From: Chthonomonadales bacterium | GTDB lineage: Bacteria > Armatimonadota > Chthonomonadetes > Chthonomonadales > CAJBBX01 | Length of the DNA: 10,895 nucleotides | Reading direction: 5' to 3' | Assembly: GCA_049967475.1 (NCBI GenBank) | Contig: JBMFSQ010000051.1 | Location: 1 to 10,895 of the forward strand | Shown here: piece by piece, positions 7,377 to 10,895 of the stretch | Position numbering within the stretch: the first letter of the stretch is position 1 | Layout: each line of letters starts with the position of its first letter | The notes under the pieces: model-generated | Database searches by the model: none | The model's input: only the letters and a program-made list of their open reading frames with translations | Told to the model about the DNA's origin: nothing | Program-made: the position numbers and the translations under genes

Positions 7377-8522
7377 TTAATGGACCCCGAAGGCCGACCG
7401 AAGGGACAGCCGTATGGTATTGAGCACGGTTCGGATCCACGGCGAATAGAAGGCAATGACAGCCACGGGGAAAAGTCCCGCAGCGATGACCAGGCCGATC
7501 TCGCGAGTGGCAGGCCGAACCCGCTGCGCCCACAGCCTGCCGATGCCCTTTGCATCTACAAGTTTGGAACCGATGAGGAGGCGCACCAGGAAGGTGCTGG
7601 CCATTCCGTTGCGGCCCTTGTCCAGGAATTCCACCAAAGAAAAGTGGGCTCCTACCGCGACGATCAAAGAGGCTCCTTTTTCGTCTGCCAGGATCATCGC
7701 CACGTCTTCGCTGGTACCCGGTGCGTTAAAAACCTTCGCTTCCAATCCCAATCGTTGGATGCGGAGGAGCCCCGGGCATCCACGGTCGGGGGACACGTAT
7801 CCGTGAACGATGAGCTCTGCGCCGCAGCGGAGGGCCCGGTCCGACACGCTATCCATATCCCCTACGATGATATCCGGCTTGAGCCCCAGCTCCAGAAGCG
7901 CATCGGCGCCGCCGTCTACCCCGATCAACACTGGCCGTACGTCGGCAAGATAGGGGCCGATGGCGTGGAGGTCCTCTTTGTACCCTTCTCCACGGACGAC
8001 TACGAGGGCGTGGCGGCCGCGTATGGGCGTGCGGATGTTGGGCACTTGGACCGGGTCCAGCAGAAGAGCTTTTTCGGCGACCAGGTATTCCAGCGTATTG
8101 CGTGCGAAGCCGTCCAGCTCAGCGCTCAGGTTCTCCTTGGCCCGCTCCAGCTCCTTCGCGGCGAGTTCTTTGGTGAGGCGCACACCGGATGCTTCCGGAC
8201 CTTGTTGGATGCGGATGGCGTCTCCGTCCAGCCGGGCCAAGCGCCCTTCGCAGGCAACGGCGGCGGCGAAGAACGCGTCCCCTACTCCGTCGAGCAGCGG
8301 GATGCCTGCGTCCAGAAGAATGCTGGGGCCCCGATTGGGATAGCGGCCGGTGATGGACCGCGCGGCGTTCACCACGGCTGCCGGCCGGCAGTCCACCAGG
8401 GATCGAGCGCCGGTAGCATCGAGATCAGCGTGGTGAATGAGCGCGATGTCGCCAGGTTTGAGGCGCTTGACCAGTTCTTTCGTACGGCGATCGGCTCTGA
8501 GGATCCCCTCGATGGCGGCCAT
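7377..8522 (-). CDS. steA: SteA family protein (putative cytokinetic ring protein with thiamin-pyrophosphokinase-like domain and C-terminal TM), about 381 aa
   Basis: DRRTKELVKRLKPGDIALIHHADLD, VNAARSITGRYPNRGP, FARNTLEY, GRHALVVVRGEGYKEDL, LIGVDGGADALL...PDIIVGDMDSVS, GTSEDVAM, EFLDKGRNGMASTFLVRL and KLVDAKG; C-terminal hydrophobic helix. Start is uncertain (ATG 8522 or 8537). Confidence 0.9.
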   Translation of the reverse strand: MAAIEGILRADRRTKELVKRLKPGDIALIHHADLDATGARSLVDCRPAAVVNAARSITGRYPNRGPSILLDAGIPLLDGVGDAFFAAAVACEGRLARLDGDAIRIQQGPEASGVRLTKELAAKELERAKENLSAELDGFARNTLEYLVAEKALLLDPVQVPNIRTPIRGRHALVVVRGEGYKEDLHAIGPYLADVRPVLIGVDGGADALLELGLKPDIIVGDMDSVSDRALRCGAELIVHGYVSPDRGCPGLLRIQRLGLEAKVFNAPGTSEDVAMILADEKGASLIVAVGAHFSLVEFLDKGRNGMASTFLVRLLIGSKLVDAKGIGRLWAQRVRPATREIGLVIAAGLFPVAVIAFYSPWIRTVLNTIRLSLRSAFGVH

Positions 8523-8541
8523 GCGTGCAGCACCCATGAGC

Positions 8542-8570
8542 ATTATGCCCCCGGCGCCGGCCCTTGTCAA
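8542..8570 (-). promoter_or_regulatory. Near-consensus sigma70-type promoter for the steA operon
   Basis: Minus strand TTGACA (8570-8565), 17 bp spacer, CATAAT (8547-8542), standing out in a very GC-rich context. Confidence 0.75.
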
Positions 8571-8636
8571 TGGACGTGGGGGGCGTTCCGAAGGCGCGCC
8601 CGTCGAACAGAGCTTGCCGGCACGGCAGGTACGGTG

Positions 8637-9335
8637 TCACCGCGCCAATAGTTGGGTGAACTTTTGGCGAAGCTTGGCGATCTTCGGCGAAATGACGACC
8701 CGGCAATAGGCGCTGTTGGGGTTCCGCTGATAATAGTCCACGTGGTATTCCTCGGCGGGGTAGAAGTGAGTGAACGGCGCCACCTCTGTAACTACAGGCG
8801 CCGGCCACCACTTGGCTTCTTCGATCTCGTGGATTACCTCTTGAGCCTCAGCACGCTGTTGCGGCGTCCGGTAAAAGATGGCGGACCGATATTGAGATCC
8901 GATGTCGGCGCCTTGGCGGTTGATTGTGGTGGGGTCGTGGATCGTGAAGAAGACGTGCAGCAGGTCTCTGTAACGGATTACGTTGGGATCGAAAACGATG
9001 CGCACGGCCTCGGCGTGGCCTGTTTGGCCGGTGCATACCTGCTGATACGTGGGGTTTGGGGTGGTTCCGCCGGTGTACCCCGGCTGGACCAATTCCACAC
9101 CCTTAAGCTGTTTGAAGGCCGCTTCGGTGCACCAGAAGCAGCCACCGGCCAGCACGGCCTCTTCGCGGAGCGGCGCGGCCGTTTCGGTGTGGCGGTTCTC
9201 GGACGACATGAGCGTGCTCCTCTCTACTTGGGAAGCGGTTGGCCCGTGGGAATGGTTGGGCAGCAAACACCCGGAAAGAAACAGACCCGGCCAGAATGCC
9301 CAGAGTGTGCGGCGCCAATGAATGGCGAATGTCAT
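8637..9335 (-). CDS. msrA: Peptide-methionine (S)-S-oxide reductase MsrA with an N-terminal lipoprotein-type signal peptide, 232 aa (alternative internal start at 9209, 190 aa)
   Basis: Active site GGCFWC, GYTGG, PTYQQVCTGQTGHAE, HDPT, RQGADIGSQYRSAIF and FYPAEEYHVDYY. ATG 9335 has SD AAAGGAGGT (9349-9341) and an ATGA overlap with the upstream stop. The N-terminus ends in lipobox LSGC (Cys23). Confidence 0.95.
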   Translation of the reverse strand: MTFAIHWRRTLWAFWPGLFLSGCLLPNHSHGPTASQVERSTLMSSENRHTETAAPLREEAVLAGGCFWCTEAAFKQLKGVELVQPGYTGGTTPNPTYQQVCTGQTGHAEAVRIVFDPNVIRYRDLLHVFFTIHDPTTINRQGADIGSQYRSAIFYRTPQQRAEAQEVIHEIEEAKWWPAPVVTEVAPFTHFYPAEEYHVDYYQRNPNSAYCRVVISPKIAKLRQKFTQLLAR

Positions 9336-10895
9336 AGCGGACCTCCTTTCTGCGTGTGCGGCGAGGGCAGGATGCGGTTTGGACGCACAATCATCCATAC
9401 GCTTTCGCCATCCATTCGGGTGCGAGCTCGATCCGCGACGGCACGGGCAGATGCGTCGCCCAATCGCACCGCCGCTAGGGCATGGCGGTAGGCCTGAGCA
9501 TAGAGGCCCAAATCCCCCTCCACGCGCGCCAGCAGCTCCAGGTACGAGGCATCCTTCGGCCACCGCTGAAGATACGCTTCCACAGCCCTCCGGGCGAGTT
9601 CCGGCCTTCCTTCCCGCACATCCAAAAGGCTGTCTATGATGGACGCCAGGTCCTCGCGGGTAAGCGGATGCAACCGGCAATATTCATGTAGGAACAAGCG
9701 GCCTGTTCTCATCGGGCGCTCGTCGGATTGTTCCAGGGCTCGAGCGGTCTGCCCTGCATATTGAGCGTTGGGTGCAAGGAATTCCAATAGCGGCAAGTCT
9801 TCCGAGTTGAGGCGGGCCGCAGCGGCGAGGCCGGCAACGGATTGTTCCCCGTGCGTTTGCCGGCTGAGGAGCGCCGCGAGAGTGCGGATGTGGATGCGCT
9901 CGAGATCGGCTGCCACCATCGGTTGCTTCATCCGGGCTTCCATGGCCTTGAAGTCCGGGCGGAAAGGGCGGCGAGCGCCCACCAGGATGTAGTCCCGCGT
10001 GTTTCCGTTGAAGAGGATTGCGTGGGGGAAGACGCTTCGGAAGGTGCCAATGAGCATCGCCGCGAGTTGATCGTTGAACTCATAGCCGTGGAACCATTGA
10101 ACGAACAGGCCGTTCGGAGCGAGATGGTCCGCCGCTGTGCGGTAGAAATCCACGGAGAAGAGGTTCCCCACGCCTTCGATCCACGGATTGGGCGGCTCGC
10201 TGATGATCACGTCGTAGCGGAGGGGCGCTGAGGCGAGCGCCATTCGCCCGTCTTCCAGGAGGATGCGCAGCCGCGGATCGCGCCGGATCCAACCGTTGGC
10301 GGGTTCGAAGAGCCGTTCCGCCTGCACCACACCATGCGATACTTCGGCACAATCCACGCGCGCAACGGGGTGCGCCAGCACACTGCCCACCGTCACCCCG
10401 CTGCCTAGCCCCACCACGAACACATTGCGGGCATCAGGATGAAGCAGCATGGGCGCCTGACCCAACAGGATTTCTGTGGGCAGGTCTCCATAGGCCGACG
10501 CATCCGTTTTACCGTCAACCACCAAGAGGCGTTCCGGGCTTCTGTCGGGCATCCGTCCATCCATTACAGACACCGTGGTCCCAAAGTCATCGGTTCGGAA
10601 ACGTACCCTGTAGGATGAAAGATCTTCCAGGAAGGCGGCCCAGGACCCCGGGGGCCTCGTCTGGTACCGATACGCTCCCTGGGCAAAGGCGAAGGGGCTC
10701 CAATCCGGAGCAACCGCCAGAATGAGCACAGCCACGCTCGCAAATGCGGCTACGGCAGTCCGTGCCTGCGGCGGTCCCTGGCGGCCGGCCGTCACCAGAA
10801 GTGCCGCGAGTACGTTGCAGAGGACCCCGATCATGAGCGTGGCGCGCAGTCCGAGTGCCGGCACAAACCAGACTCCTGCAGCAAGCACCCCGGCA
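9332..10895 (-). CDS. Membrane-fused spermidine-synthase-like (class I SAM-fold) protein with a TPR-like tail; 5' end lies outside the window
   Basis: The frame is open to the window edge. TM helices are followed by LLVVDGKTDAS, VFVVGLGSGVT (SAM-binding motif I), VDCAEV, EDGRMAL, YDVIISEPPNPW, LFSVDFY and LAPNGLFVQW. The helical tail ELARRAVEAYLQRWPKDASYLELLARVEGDLGLYAQA is TPR-like. Confidence 0.85.
   Translation of the reverse strand, partial: AGVLAAGVWFVPALGLRATLMIGVLCNVLAALLVTAGRQGPPQARTAVAAFASVAVLILAVAPDWSPFAFAQGAYRYQTRPPGSWAAFLEDLSSYRVRFRTDDFGTTVSVMDGRMPDRSPERLLVVDGKTDASAYGDLPTEILLGQAPMLLHPDARNVFVVGLGSGVTVGSVLAHPVARVDCAEVSHGVVQAERLFEPANGWIRRDPRLRILLEDGRMALASAPLRYDVIISEPPNPWIEGVGNLFSVDFYRTAADHLAPNGLFVQWFHGYEFNDQLAAMLIGTFRSVFPHAILFNGNTRDYILVGARRPFRPDFKAMEARMKQPMVAADLERIHIRTLAALLSRQTHGEQSVAGLAAAARLNSEDLPLLEFLAPNAQYAGQTARALEQSDERPMRTGRLFLHEYCRLHPLTREDLASIIDSLLDVREGRPELARRAVEAYLQRWPKDASYLELLARVEGDLGLYAQAYRHALAAVRLGDASARAVADRARTRMDGESVWMIVRPNRILPSPHTQKGGPL

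Noticed and set aside
7377..8522. Housekeeping thiamine pyrophosphokinase (ThiN)
   Set aside because: Only the catalytic-like subdomain is shared; the extra N-terminal domain, C-terminal TM helix and steB partner identify SteA.
8575..8636. Intrinsic terminator after msrA
   Set aside because: Two imperfect GC hairpins are present, one with a cUUCGg loop, but there is no U-tract, so the evidence is too weak to call.
5435..8651. Long plus-strand ORFs 5435-6529, 6481-7338 and 7368-8651
   Set aside because: Antisense to the well-supported GT2, steB and steA genes, with no domain signatures.
9336..9680. 115-aa upstream extension of MsrA in the ORF track (start 9680)
   Set aside because: It overlaps the upstream gene in another frame; the strong SD and ATGA coupling mark 9335 as the start.

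Overview
GC-rich bacterial chromosomal window, almost fully coding, with nine protein genes and a cell-envelope theme. In coordinate order: a GC-rich palindromic REP/BoxC-like repeat pair (1-64); long-chain acyl-CoA ligase (-); membrane Ser/Thr kinase with PEGA and an unassigned C-terminal domain (-); back-to-back sigma70-type promoters; a stand-alone rodA (+); a four-gene minus-strand operon, transcribed as steA, steB/mctB, GT2 glycosyltransferase and a divergent MraY/WecA-like phosphotransferase, that ends tail-to-tail with rodA; msrA (-); and a 5'-truncated membrane-fused spermidine-synthase-like gene (-). The best leads are (1) the SteAB module coupled to two glycosyl-transfer enzymes instead of a peptidoglycan hydrolase, and (2) an msrA with two in-frame starts, each with a good Shine-Dalgarno site, which would give a lipoprotein form and a cytoplasmic form. 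No rRNA, tRNA, CRISPR array or mobile element was seen. All calls come from motif recognition by eye; no database searches were run.
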